Below are positions 16,583-25,000 of a stretch of DNA of 37,328 nt, in pieces. The stretch is from the IMG/VR virus record IMGVR_UViG_3300014208_000418, positions 1 through 37,328 of that record, one strand, 5' to 3'. This stretch comes from a virus (Duplodnaviria > Caudoviricetes). The notes below the pieces were generated by a model. That model made no database searches. It was not told where the DNA came from and worked only from the letters and a program-made list of their open reading frames with translations. The translations under genes and the position numbers were made by a program. Positions within the stretch are counted from its first letter, which is position 1. Each line of letters begins with the position of its first letter.

Positions 16583-18600
16583 AGAGAATACCCTTGAAAG
16601 CGTTTCAAGCCGCTGAATTTCGGATGCGCCACCAAGCCGTCGCCCTTGCCGAGTAATTTTTCGGCACCTGCTTGGTCAAGAATGATCCGGCTGTTGATCT
16701 CCGACGTTGTGACAAACGATACCTTCGTCGGAAAATTCGCCTTGATCAGCCCGGTGATCACTTTGGCTTCCGGGCGCTGCGTTGCGATGATCAGATGGAT
16801 CCCCGCTGCCCGGCCCATTTGCGCGATACGCACGAACATTGCCTCGATAGAAAGTGCTCCATCGTCCGGTTTGGATGCTCCCATCATCAGCTCGGCGAAT
16901 TCATCCACTACGCACACGATCTGCTTCATGCCGCCGTCCTTGTAATTTTTCATTCCCTTGCTCTTGAGAAGCGAGTATCTGTTCGTCATGACCGCGACAA
17001 GGTTCCGCAGCATCTCATACGCCTGTTGCGGATCGTATGCGATCTCGCTGGCGTGTTCGGCAAACTGCGACAATTCGATCTGCTTGGGATCGATCAGTTT
17101 CAGATCCACTCCACCTTGATCAACGATTGCCTTGATCGTGGTATTTAAGAACACCGACTTGCCGCTCCCGGAAGCGCCGGCAACAAGCATGTGCGGCATC
17201 TCATCAAGATGAAGCCGTATCACTTCTCCGCTTTGTGCCACTCCGATCGGAAGCCCCGATGCCTTGCCACCAATCGCGTGCTTTGTCAGCTCGACAAATG
17301 TCCGGTCTTTCTTGGGGATCTCTACGCCAACGAAGGTCGTGTCAGGAATAGGCGCTACGACGCGCACGCCGCTCATACCGAGCGCCTGCTCGATGTCTGC
17401 TGCATATCCGGTCAAAGAACTCATTTTGACGCCAATAGAGGGCGTAAAACGGTATTGTACGAACGCATTCCCCTCCACTTTGCTGTCATAGTGAAGGACA
17501 ATGCCGTGCTCCATCAGTTTCGTTGCGATCTTCTCTTGGTTTTCCATTTTTGAATAGTCAATGTTTTTGTACTCGACCAGCGACCTTTCGATTGCCTTTT
17601 CGAGCGACTTCATGTTGCGGACCGACGTGACCTTTTTCTTGAGAACGTCGGTGATGTTGTCCACCTTGAGCAATTTCTGCTGCTTCGCTTTTTCTTCCGG
17701 TTCATCAAGCCGGTGAATATACGCGATGATGCCGATCTCGTTGTCGAACATGGTATCGATGTTCGGCACGTATACCTGCTGTCCCATCAGCGCCCGCACC
17801 ACGTCGCCGTAGTACCGCAGATAAAAGTCAAAAAACAATTCGTTCTCGGCATAGATCACGTCATACGCCCGGGTCTGCTTGCTGCCGTCCTTGTTCTTCG
17901 TGTGCTTGGTTTCGACAAACCGCATCATGTACGGTTCCTCTCCCAGCTCCGCGAACAGCAGGGAATAATACTGCACCGCCTGAATGATCTTCCGGCCGTC
18001 GATCTTCTCCGGATCGGAGAATTTCCCACATGCCTTGTCGTCCTCGATGATCAGTCTGCCCTGCTCGTCCCGGTACACGCGGTCCAAGATTCCTTTCAGT
18101 TTCACCGGAAGCACAACTCTCTTTCCGCGCCATTCAACATCGACGAATTTTTCAATGAGCAATTCCGAAGCAACAACCTTCTCATCCTTTTTCAACTCCG
18201 GAATCCTTGCGTTATAGACAAAGGCGAATTTCTCAAGAATTGTCTGCCTGTCGGGGATCCCTGTGGTCCACTTCACGAATCCCTCCGGGTATTCCTCGAT
18301 CATCTTCATCCCCTCCTGCAATCCCGCAACAACGGCATCATTCTCGCATTTGAAAAAGATGTCTATCGCATAATGGAACGCCTTACCCAAAAGAAACGAT
18401 GCGCTGTAGGAAGAATCAATTACGTCCCGGTTGATATACTTGATCCGGAACATGAGCTGGTTCGTTGAGAAAAGACACATCGACGAATGGGAAAGATGAT
18501 CCACCGGAAAACTCTGATCCGTGGGCAATTCTTCCCTATGGGAGATCTTCGGCAGTTTGCGCGGTGATAATGTTGGCTTCATTTTCTTGGTTTTCGTCAT
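16579..18600 (-). CDS. PD-(D/E)XK (RecB/RecE-like) nuclease fused to FtsK/SpoIIIE ATPase (673 aa)
   Basis: N-terminus HLSHSS, LGKAFH, E, GILDRV, IIEDDK, QAVQY. C-terminus FtsK-alpha (VGVEIP), PHMLVAGASGSGKS (Walker A), LIDPK, VVDEFAELM (Walker B), GRAAGIHLIIATQRP, GAEKLLGKGD; no TM or gamma domain. Confidence 0.93.
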   Translation of the reverse strand: MTKTKKMKPTLSPRKLPKISHREELPTDQSFPVDHLSHSSMCLFSTNQLMFRIKYINRDVIDSSYSASFLLGKAFHYAIDIFFKCENDAVVAGLQEGMKMIEEYPEGFVKWTTGIPDRQTILEKFAFVYNARIPELKKDEKVVASELLIEKFVDVEWRGKRVVLPVKLKGILDRVYRDEQGRLIIEDDKACGKFSDPEKIDGRKIIQAVQYYSLLFAELGEEPYMMRFVETKHTKNKDGSKQTRAYDVIYAENELFFDFYLRYYGDVVRALMGQQVYVPNIDTMFDNEIGIIAYIHRLDEPEEKAKQQKLLKVDNITDVLKKKVTSVRNMKSLEKAIERSLVEYKNIDYSKMENQEKIATKLMEHGIVLHYDSKVEGNAFVQYRFTPSIGVKMSSLTGYAADIEQALGMSGVRVVAPIPDTTFVGVEIPKKDRTFVELTKHAIGGKASGLPIGVAQSGEVIRLHLDEMPHMLVAGASGSGKSVFLNTTIKAIVDQGGVDLKLIDPKQIELSQFAEHASEIAYDPQQAYEMLRNLVAVMTNRYSLLKSKGMKNYKDGGMKQIVCVVDEFAELMMGASKPDDGALSIEAMFVRIAQMGRAAGIHLIIATQRPEAKVITGLIKANFPTKVSFVTTSEINSRIILDQAGAEKLLGKGDGLVAHPKFSGLKRFQGYSL

Positions 18601-19399
18601 GCTTTTTTTCGCTTACTTTTTTTCCTTTGCCTTCGACTAACGCCCCCATCTTGATGCCGGTCGACAGCTCCTTCGCCTCTTTGATGCGGTCGCTCATCAC
18701 GCTGTCCTCATTGTCGTATGCGATCGCAAGGTTCAGCATTTCGTTCTTGGGAGCCAATTTCTGTGCTTGTTTCAGTGCTGTCTTTTTCCACATCCAACCC
18801 TCCGGATCGTTTTTCTCATTCCACGGACTAAAATCGGTCCCGAACGATTTGGAAAAGCGTTGCGCGAACGAAAGGATCTCGTCCTTACGCATGAATTTTT
18901 CGACCCGGCCGCCTTTCTGTGTGGTGATGATAGCATACGCCCCCATCGGTTCACCGCGCTCACTGCGCGACTTGTACGGATCTATCACATGCGTGATCGC
19001 TCCGTTCACGATCGAGAATTCATCGTTCTTGCGGACGATCTCCGCAACCACCGACTTTGCACCAGCCCCATAGAGCAACGTGACAAATCCTTGATACCCC
19101 ATTTGGAACTGTGCTATCTTGCATCCGGACTTCCCGTCTTTATATGGCAGCACATACGCTTCCCCGGACACAGCCGATGGCATAAAGCCAAATTGCGCCA
19201 TGATTATGAAGCTGTTGATCAGCGAATCCGGCGTACACTCCGAAAGACCGGGCGTGCGCTGGATGCTACTCACTACGCTCGACAGGAATTTCAACGCCTG
19301 CTTTTGATCGCCGAAAAAATTGACGATCTGCTTGTTGTACTCGTTCGCCAGCTTCATCTTGACATCATCGAGCACGACCAGTTTATTATTTTTCTCCAT
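18536..19399 (-). CDS. recT: RecT-family ssDNA annealing protein (287 aa)
   Basis: Start MEKNNK at 19399; LSECTPDSL, GEAYVLPY, AQFQMGYQG, GAYAI, SPW...MWKKTALK. Confidence 0.93.
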   Translation of the reverse strand: MEKNNKLVVLDDVKMKLANEYNKQIVNFFGDQKQALKFLSSVVSSIQRTPGLSECTPDSLINSFIIMAQFGFMPSAVSGEAYVLPYKDGKSGCKIAQFQMGYQGFVTLLYGAGAKSVVAEIVRKNDEFSIVNGAITHVIDPYKSRSERGEPMGAYAIITTQKGGRVEKFMRKDEILSFAQRFSKSFGTDFSPWNEKNDPEGWMWKKTALKQAQKLAPKNEMLNLAIAYDNEDSVMSDRIKEAKELSTGIKMGALVEGKGKKVSEKKHDENQENEANIITAQTAEDLP

Positions 19400-19673
19400 G
19401 CGATTTTTCTTGAATGATATTTTTTTCTGCCGAAACGATGAGATCCTCCGGGACGTTGCAATGGCACTCCTCTCCGTCACACGTTCCCATTTTGTCGTAG
19501 CACAGCGCCACCGGGTTCCCTTCGTTCTTCTTTTTCCATATCTGCAATGCCGTTGTAAGAGATGCATGCGGATGGCTGCAATTTCCCGCGGCTTTTAGAA
19601 CCTCCTCTTGAGATGCCTTGTACAAATCCCCATCGTATTTTTTCAGCAGGTCGTAGAATTTGTGATAACTCAT
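19386..19673 (-). CDS. Hypothetical Cys-containing protein (95 aa)
   Basis: Coupled at both ends; no recognisable family. Confidence 0.7.
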   Translation of the reverse strand: MSYHKFYDLLKKYDGDLYKASQEEVLKAAGNCSHPHASLTTALQIWKKKNEGNPVALCYDKMGTCDGEECHCNVPEDLIVSAEKNIIQEKSHGEK

Positions 19674-19795
19674 GATCGTTTCTTTTTACGCTTTGCCCAT
19701 CGCTTTTTTGCCATCATGACGAAATGATCTCTGCCGTATTTTTTAAGCACTGCCCGCCCGCCGGCATACCATATCCCCTCTTTCTTTTTTTTCAT
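19670..19795 (-). CDS. Very basic 41-aa peptide (KGG/stress-motif-like)
   Basis: Hand translation MKKKKEGIWYAGGRAVLKKYGRDHFVMMAKKRWAKRKKKRS; ATGA overlaps at both ends. Confidence 0.7.
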   Translation of the reverse strand: MKKKKEGIWYAGGRAVLKKYGRDHFVMMAKKRWAKRKKKRS

Positions 19796-20199
19796 ACCAA
19801 TTCCCCATCCACGATCTTGCCCGATGCGGTTTTAATTTTTACCGTCTTGACCTCGACCGATTCGCTGGTGAAAATTCGCTTGTTGACGTACTGCAGGGCG
19901 TAGGCGTTCTTCTTCACGGCTTCAAGACAGATGTCGGTGGTCTGCTCTTTGACGTACCGCAGGGCGTCGCCATCGTTCTTCACGGCTTCAAGACAGATGT
20001 CGGTGGTCTGCTCTTTGACGTACTGCAGGGCGTCGCCATCGTTCTTCACGGCTTCAAGACAGATGTCGGTGGTCTGCTCTTTGACGTACCGCAGGGCGTA
20101 GGCGTTCTTCTTCACGGCTTCGGTTGCTTTTTTGCCGGAGTATTCGATGATGTCTGATTCATCTCCTCCAACTACTTCCAAAAATTGTTTTAGATTCAT
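19792..20199 (-). CDS. DUF4116-like repeat protein (135 aa)
   Basis: 22-aa repeats AVK(KNAY/NDGD)AL(R/Q)YVKEQTTDICLE. Confidence 0.85.
   Translation of the reverse strand: MNLKQFLEVVGGDESDIIEYSGKKATEAVKKNAYALRYVKEQTTDICLEAVKNDGDALQYVKEQTTDICLEAVKNDGDALRYVKEQTTDICLEAVKKNAYALQYVNKRIFTSESVEVKTVKIKTASGKIVDGELV
19883..20121. repeat. 66-bp tandem repeat, about 3.6 copies, in-frame
   Basis: ttcaagacagatgtcggtggtctgctctttgacgtac recurs at 19921, 19987 and 20053. Confidence 0.97.
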
Positions 20200-20213
20200 G
20201 TTTGTTTTTATTT

Positions 20214-20675
20214 TTAATAATACAATTCTGCATAGACGACCCCCTGCGACAAGAACCCAAGTGCGCGCGCGACGCCTTTGGACACATCGGCTTTTCGGCC
20301 GTAGTGCGCAAAGCCCCCTGTATCGGTAACGATAGCCGTCACCGATCTTCCGTTCGCGCGGATCTCAACTTCCGTGCCGCATGCTATCACTGGCCGCCCT
20401 TTTCGATCGACCGGGGCCGCGATCGTCAATGCATTCTCATCAAACCGTTTTCCGGTACACGCCATCAGCCGTTGTGGATGACAGCCGATGCATTCGCTTT
20501 CGGCTTCGCCATACCATGAGATATTTCCGGCTGCTGTCGGTCCCTTCTCCGGTTCGACCATTTTCTGTTCGCTCTCCTGTCGCGCTCCGGGCATGATGAT
20601 CATCGCCGGTTGCGCGAGTGCCACAGATCCCGCAAAGAATGCCGTGGCAAGAATTGCAAAAATAAAATGTTTCAT
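20214..20675 (-). CDS. Secreted RlpA-like double-psi beta-barrel (lytic transglycosylase-like) protein (153 aa)
   Basis: Signal peptide MKHFIFAILATAFFAGSVALA; ISWYG, MACTGKRFDENALTIA, GRSVTAIVTDTGGF, ADVSKG. Confidence 0.85.
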   Translation of the reverse strand: MKHFIFAILATAFFAGSVALAQPAMIIMPGARQESEQKMVEPEKGPTAAGNISWYGEAESECIGCHPQRLMACTGKRFDENALTIAAPVDRKGRPVIACGTEVEIRANGRSVTAIVTDTGGFAHYGRKADVSKGVARALGFLSQGVVYAELYY

Positions 20676-20681
20676 GCGTTC

Positions 20682-20737
20682 AGCATATTCCATTTTTTCC
20701 GATACTGCAAGCAGTATTGTTGATAACCTGTGGATAA
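20682..20737 (-). promoter_or_regulatory. Sigma70-type promoter of the early block with tandem DnaA boxes and a palindrome over -35
   Basis: TTGCAG-N17-TATGCT (20710-20682), ATG 6 nt further on; ATACTGC-aa-GCAGTAT palindrome 20702-20717; TTATCCACA 20729-20737 and TTATCAACA 20718-20726. Confidence 0.65.
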
Positions 20738-20755
20738 CTTTATACCATCACAGCC

Positions 20756-20796
20756 AAACAAAAAACCACGTGATGACAGCCACCACGTGGCTTTTT
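20756..20796 (-). terminator. Intrinsic terminator at the end of the late/lysis operon (possibly bidirectional)
   Basis: GCCACGTGGTGG-ctg-TCATCACGTGGT stem followed by TTTTTGTTT on minus; a T-run also follows on plus. Confidence 0.85.
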
Positions 20797-20810
20797 GTGT
20801 CCGTACTCTA

Positions 20811-21059
20811 TCAGTTTGTGCGCTTGGTCGAATCCATCTGTTTCAGAATGAACGTATAGAATGCTCCGGCGAATGTAAGGATCTGAAACACCGCGGGCCA
20901 ATATGCCGTCGAGCGGATCCAGTAATACAACGCCCCGCCCAAAAGCGAGAATATGATCACCGCAAGATACGTACCCAGCATATTCGGACCGAATGTCTTT
21001 TTGATCAACTGCACGACGATCGAAACAAGAACACCGAGCAAAACAAGTAATGCCTCCAT
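20811..21059 (-). CDS. Putative holin (82 aa, 3 TM)
   Basis: Hydrophobic helices, VQLIKK motif, directly after the endolysin. Confidence 0.8.
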   Translation of the reverse strand: MEALLVLLGVLVSIVVQLIKKTFGPNMLGTYLAVIIFSLLGGALYYWIRSTAYWPAVFQILTFAGAFYTFILKQMDSTKRTN

Positions 21060-21062
21060 GTT

Positions 21063-22352
21063 TTATTTTTTGATCTTAATGGTTACTGTGATGCGATCGC
21101 CTTCCGCTTTTGCGTCCACCGATTCGACGGCGATGGCTGCAGGCGCTTGCGGCACGACCGGCGGGGTTGTCGCTCCCACGCTCTTTGCCGCGGCGATCAC
21201 TTTTTCAATGATAGACTTGTCTGTTGCCGGACAATTCGCCCGGCGCGCACCGCCTATCTGATAATGCCCAATGATATGATCCCGGTCGATCGGGATATTC
21301 CAGCGCTTGCAAATATCAGCGACCAGTTTTCCGCTCGATGTGATCTGTTCCGCGGACCACACATCGCCGTGATATCCTTCGTGCTCAATGGCGATCGTGT
21401 ACTTGTTCGGATTTACTCCGGCGTGCAACAGCTTCCATGTCGGATCCTTCACGATGCCGGCATGCCACGCTTGATCCTCCTCCTTCACGTACTGATGCCC
21501 CTCGCCTTTTTTTCCTATTCCATAATGCGCGGATGCTTGGCTCGCCTTGTTTTTGAACCACGCGTCCGTTGATGCCAGAGATCCTTCCATGATATGAAGA
21601 ACGATCGCTTCCGGCCACCAACCGGCGCGCCCCTCCGCAAAATTCGGCGAACCGACCCATTTCATGCCCTCTGCTTGCGCTACAGCATCGGGAAATGCTG
21701 CTATTTGCCCCGGAGCGGGGCTTTTTGGCTGTTCGGGTACCGTTGACGCTTGAACACCATGAATCTGCCCGAAATAAGGCCGTAGCTTGTTTACGATCAC
21801 CACATAGGTCGCATCCGGCCGCGGATCATATATTCCGCTGAATTTGTGCACGTCGTCCTCGACCGGCGCTCCGTTCAACTTCGCAAGATAGTACCACGCA
21901 TGCAACAGCTCATGGATCACATATTCGCTCATGACCGTCGGCATAGCCGGCGGCACCGGCGAAAGTCCCATTTGGCACACCGTCATGCCCTCGATCAATA
22001 TCGATGTATGCACCGGGAACGTAGGACGCGACCCGGAGATCCCACCAAAATCGTGCAACAAAAAAACGATATCGAATTGCTCCTTGCGCTCGATCTCAAC
22101 CGCGTGCGCTTCGTTTGCGATCTCCGATTCTTCCACTACCACCGCGCCGATCGACGCATAGTCATATCCTGTCATGCTCGGCGTGGTCTTGCTGTGTAGC
22201 GCGCCTTTCGCATCAGCAAATGATGCCTCGATCGTTATGTCCTGCCCCGCTGTTTTTTGTAGCCACGCAACGGCATCTTTTGCGATCTGTTCTGCCACCG
22301 CCCGGCTGTATGCCGGAGTGAATTTTTGGAGAAAAAGGATCTTTTGTTTCAT
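21063..22352 (-). CDS. Endolysin: HExxH zincin-like domain + N-acetylmuramoyl-L-alanine amidase (Amidase_2) (429 aa)
   Basis: YVIHELLHAW; then SPNF, IVLHIMEG, SAHYGI, AWHAG, NKYTIAIEHEG, IIGHYQI, NCP. Confidence 0.9.
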   Translation of the reverse strand: MKQKILFLQKFTPAYSRAVAEQIAKDAVAWLQKTAGQDITIEASFADAKGALHSKTTPSMTGYDYASIGAVVVEESEIANEAHAVEIERKEQFDIVFLLHDFGGISGSRPTFPVHTSILIEGMTVCQMGLSPVPPAMPTVMSEYVIHELLHAWYYLAKLNGAPVEDDVHKFSGIYDPRPDATYVVIVNKLRPYFGQIHGVQASTVPEQPKSPAPGQIAAFPDAVAQAEGMKWVGSPNFAEGRAGWWPEAIVLHIMEGSLASTDAWFKNKASQASAHYGIGKKGEGHQYVKEEDQAWHAGIVKDPTWKLLHAGVNPNKYTIAIEHEGYHGDVWSAEQITSSGKLVADICKRWNIPIDRDHIIGHYQIGGARRANCPATDKSIIEKVIAAAKSVGATTPPVVPQAPAAIAVESVDAKAEGDRITVTIKIKK

Positions 22353-22353
22353 A

Positions 22354-22596
22354 TCATTTTTTGAATTGCCTTAATTCCAGCGTGCCACGGATCCATTCGA
22401 TGTTAGTTCTTATGTCTTGGAGCTGCACGCGAATTTCGTTGATTGCTTCGAGCCGCTTCGTTTCTCGTTCCTCCATCGCATATATTTTAGAAGCACCATA
22501 TCCAACAATGACAAGAAAGATTCCCATCGCCCACACAAACACCTGCCAGCTAACATTATCTTTTTGAAATTTTTTGTCGTCGTGAAGGTGTGTCAT
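22354..22596 (-). CDS. Single-TM coiled-coil lysis-associated protein (XhlA/holin-like, 80 aa)
   Basis: One TM followed by an amphipathic coil, upstream of the endolysin. Confidence 0.65.
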   Translation of the reverse strand: MTHLHDDKKFQKDNVSWQVFVWAMGIFLVIVGYGASKIYAMEERETKRLEAINEIRVQLQDIRTNIEWIRGTLELRQFKK

Positions 22597-22883
22597 GTTT
22601 GTGGATCCACCGGCTTAATTTTAGCGATCTCATCATCGAATTTTTTGCCTTTTTTCCAGCCGGCCTTTTTCATGATCGCTTTGAATTCTTCATTCGATCT
22701 CTTGTTGTTGGCTTCCTTTTCAAAGCGCTCAAAAAGTTCCTGCACGGTGCCATGCGTCTTTTGGCATTCATCACAGCGGACATCTTCAATGTCGGCATCC
22801 TCGAATTTTTTCCAGTCCGGCAATTCGATCTCGCCTGTCTTTGTTCCGCAGAATCTGCACAATAGATCGTGAATTTTTAGCAT
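22593..22883 (-). CDS. Zn-binding protein downstream of tail fibre (96 aa), possible fibre chaperone
   Basis: Start MLKIHD at 22883; CRFC...CDEC. Confidence 0.7.
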   Translation of the reverse strand: MLKIHDLLCRFCGTKTGEIELPDWKKFEDADIEDVRCDECQKTHGTVQELFERFEKEANNKRSNEEFKAIMKKAGWKKGKKFDDEIAKIKPVDPQT

Positions 22884-22893
22884 GATTTTTTTG

Positions 22894-24399
22894 TTAAACG
22901 ATATATAGATTTTGGAATACGAACCCTCCCTGCGTTGCTCCCGCAGCGCCCCCTGCACCGCCGCCGGCACCATACGCCGCACCGCCACCGCCGCCGGCAC
23001 CGGATCCACCTGCTCCATTATTGCCAAGCCCGCCGGCACCCCAATATGATGCCCCGCCACCGCCGCCCCACGATGCGTTTCCGTAATTTGCACAATTTCC
23101 TCCGGCACCTCCCGGGCTGCTGATGGTTCCTGCAACCGATGTCGCCGTGTTATAGACGATCACACACATACCAGCGCCACCACCACCGCCACCGGATCCG
23201 TTCGCCGCACAGTTTGCTCCGATCGTTCCGGCAACAGATATCGTCCCGGTGAAATTGATGTCGCCTTGACATTCGATATATAATCCTCCCCCTCCACGGC
23301 TTCCCGCTCCTCCTGTTGCTCCTGCCGATCCACCGCCGGCACCACCGCCGCCGGATGTCAGCTCAACTCGTTTGAAAATTGCCGTTGCCGCCTGTGTGAC
23401 TATGAAATCATTCTGTGTGAATTGCGTGCCCCCGGTGCTACCAGCGCCAATCGACGTGCCTTTCAAACCACCCTTCGATGCTGTAGTAACGTGCGTATTC
23501 ACACGAAAAGGTATTTGCCCATCACTTCCGTTTGTATCCACGCCACCATTACCGCCGGCCGCACCCATTCCGACTGTAGTGATCGGCGTTGTTGCTGTTA
23601 GCGTGACATTTCCTTGCGAAAGTATGCAGACAATGGTTCCTGTCGTGGCCGGATTGTTGAATGCAAGAGATCCGGTGCTGGTGATCGATATCGAAGTGTA
23701 GTTTTTTACCAAAACATTCGCCGATGCGGCACTCACTGTTGTTGTTCCGCTCGATATTGAAAGCGCCCCATCCGAACCGGTGCCGCCGAATTTTGCCCCA
23801 ACGAATGCCACGCCGTTTTTGTAGTATTGCGTTGCATAAACATTCGCCACTTGGTAGCTCGCGCTTCCGATATCGTCCGTGTTATCCGCTGTTGGTAGGA
23901 AATCTCCATTGAATGCGACCTTGCTGATATCGATCGCGGCGGCGGCCGCTATTTGCGCATTGACAATGCTTTGTGCAAACCCAATGCCTCGGATGTCGTT
24001 TGAAATATACCCCTGCCCGGCGGTATCGGTATCTCGTATCGTTGTCTGCCCCACGCGGTTGTATACCTCGCACAGCACCATCACCCCTGCAGGATATGCC
24101 GGCGCTGATGGCGATCCGGCTTCTGCCCCTGCGGTGCGCGCAAGCGTTCCACTGCTGTTGATCGTCAGAAGATCGATGCGCGGATTCGTCACCGGTGCCG
24201 TGAACGTCGGAGAATTGCCTCCCGCATAGATCACCCGCGTCGCTCCGATATAAAACACGCCCGGCTCGACATAGAGCGTCAGATCCGGCGTGCTCTGCTC
24301 ATGCGCCAAAAGATACGATGCCCTGTATGCATCCTTGCGCAAATTATTGTATTGTGTTGCCAGCGCTGTATCGCCGGCCGCGACGGCTGATGATCTCAT
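22894..24399 (-). CDS. Tail fibre / receptor-binding protein with glycine-rich C-terminus (501 aa)
   Basis: Position after the tail tip; NPRIDL anchor-like segment; FGGTGSDG then GGGGG-rich repeats. Confidence 0.85.
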   Translation of the reverse strand: MRSSAVAAGDTALATQYNNLRKDAYRASYLLAHEQSTPDLTLYVEPGVFYIGATRVIYAGGNSPTFTAPVTNPRIDLLTINSSGTLARTAGAEAGSPSAPAYPAGVMVLCEVYNRVGQTTIRDTDTAGQGYISNDIRGIGFAQSIVNAQIAAAAAIDISKVAFNGDFLPTADNTDDIGSASYQVANVYATQYYKNGVAFVGAKFGGTGSDGALSISSGTTTVSAASANVLVKNYTSISITSTGSLAFNNPATTGTIVCILSQGNVTLTATTPITTVGMGAAGGNGGVDTNGSDGQIPFRVNTHVTTASKGGLKGTSIGAGSTGGTQFTQNDFIVTQAATAIFKRVELTSGGGGAGGGSAGATGGAGSRGGGGLYIECQGDINFTGTISVAGTIGANCAANGSGGGGGGAGMCVIVYNTATSVAGTISSPGGAGGNCANYGNASWGGGGGASYWGAGGLGNNGAGGSGAGGGGGAAYGAGGGAGGAAGATQGGFVFQNLYIV

Positions 24400-24405
24400 A
24401 TTTTT

Positions 24406-24996
24406 CTAAAGAATTGTAAATTGGCTATCGATGGTCAATGTTTTCAAAGCGGTCTTGTTCACGGCCGATGCAAATTTCACGTGGTTGTTTATCCTTCCGG
24501 AATTGGCGCTCGCGGTGCCATCGATGAAAGAAGCAAACTCGTTCAAATCGCTGTTGGTCAGATCTGTCGTCGCATAAAAGAAAGACACGACGATGATTCC
24601 GCTTGCCACATCCGCATCGTCGGTGTCGGCCACTGTTTTCCGGTACACCTCAGCTCCAAGCTGCGTATCGTTTTCTGTCGGTGTCGTGGTCGATGTTCCC
24701 AGCGCTCCGTAATTTATGATACCGGTGTACGTGATATCGCCGGCAAGCCGCCGCGCGACGCATTCGCGGCCGCGTAAGCATACGACGTTGTGGACCAACT
24801 GTTGCCGCAACCCGAATTTTTGATGAAGCTGCGAAAGCAAAAATCGGTATTCCGCGCTGTCGTGCTGTCCCTTTATCAGCTCGACGATCCTATTCTGCAG
24901 CCGCTCGGCCGCCGGTGTTTTTATTTCGCACTCAAAGATCCGATGAAGGCCATCGACTGCGAATTGTGATTGTTGTTGTATTTTTATATTGTCCAT
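24406..24996 (-). CDS. Tail tip / fibre-attachment protein (196 aa)
   Basis: Start MDNIK at 24996; HNVV...GR, YGALGTSTTTPTENDTQLGAEVYRK collar-like motif. Confidence 0.75.
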   Translation of the reverse strand: MDNIKIQQQSQFAVDGLHRIFECEIKTPAAERLQNRIVELIKGQHDSAEYRFLLSQLHQKFGLRQQLVHNVVCLRGRECVARRLAGDITYTGIINYGALGTSTTTPTENDTQLGAEVYRKTVADTDDADVASGIIVVSFFYATTDLTNSDLNEFASFIDGTASANSGRINNHVKFASAVNKTALKTLTIDSQFTIL

Positions 24997-25000
24997 AGTT

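Noticed and set aside
16579-18600. Nuclease domain as Cas4, or the ATPase as a packaging or conjugation motor
   Set aside because: No four-Cys Fe-S pattern; a separate terminase exists; no TM anchor or T4SS genes.
19883-20121. Tandem repeat as a CRISPR array
   Set aside because: Contiguous in-frame 66-bp units without unique spacers; no cas operon.
22894-24399. Diversity-generating retroelement target in the tail fibre
   Set aside because: No reverse transcriptase and no template/variable repeat pair seen in the window.
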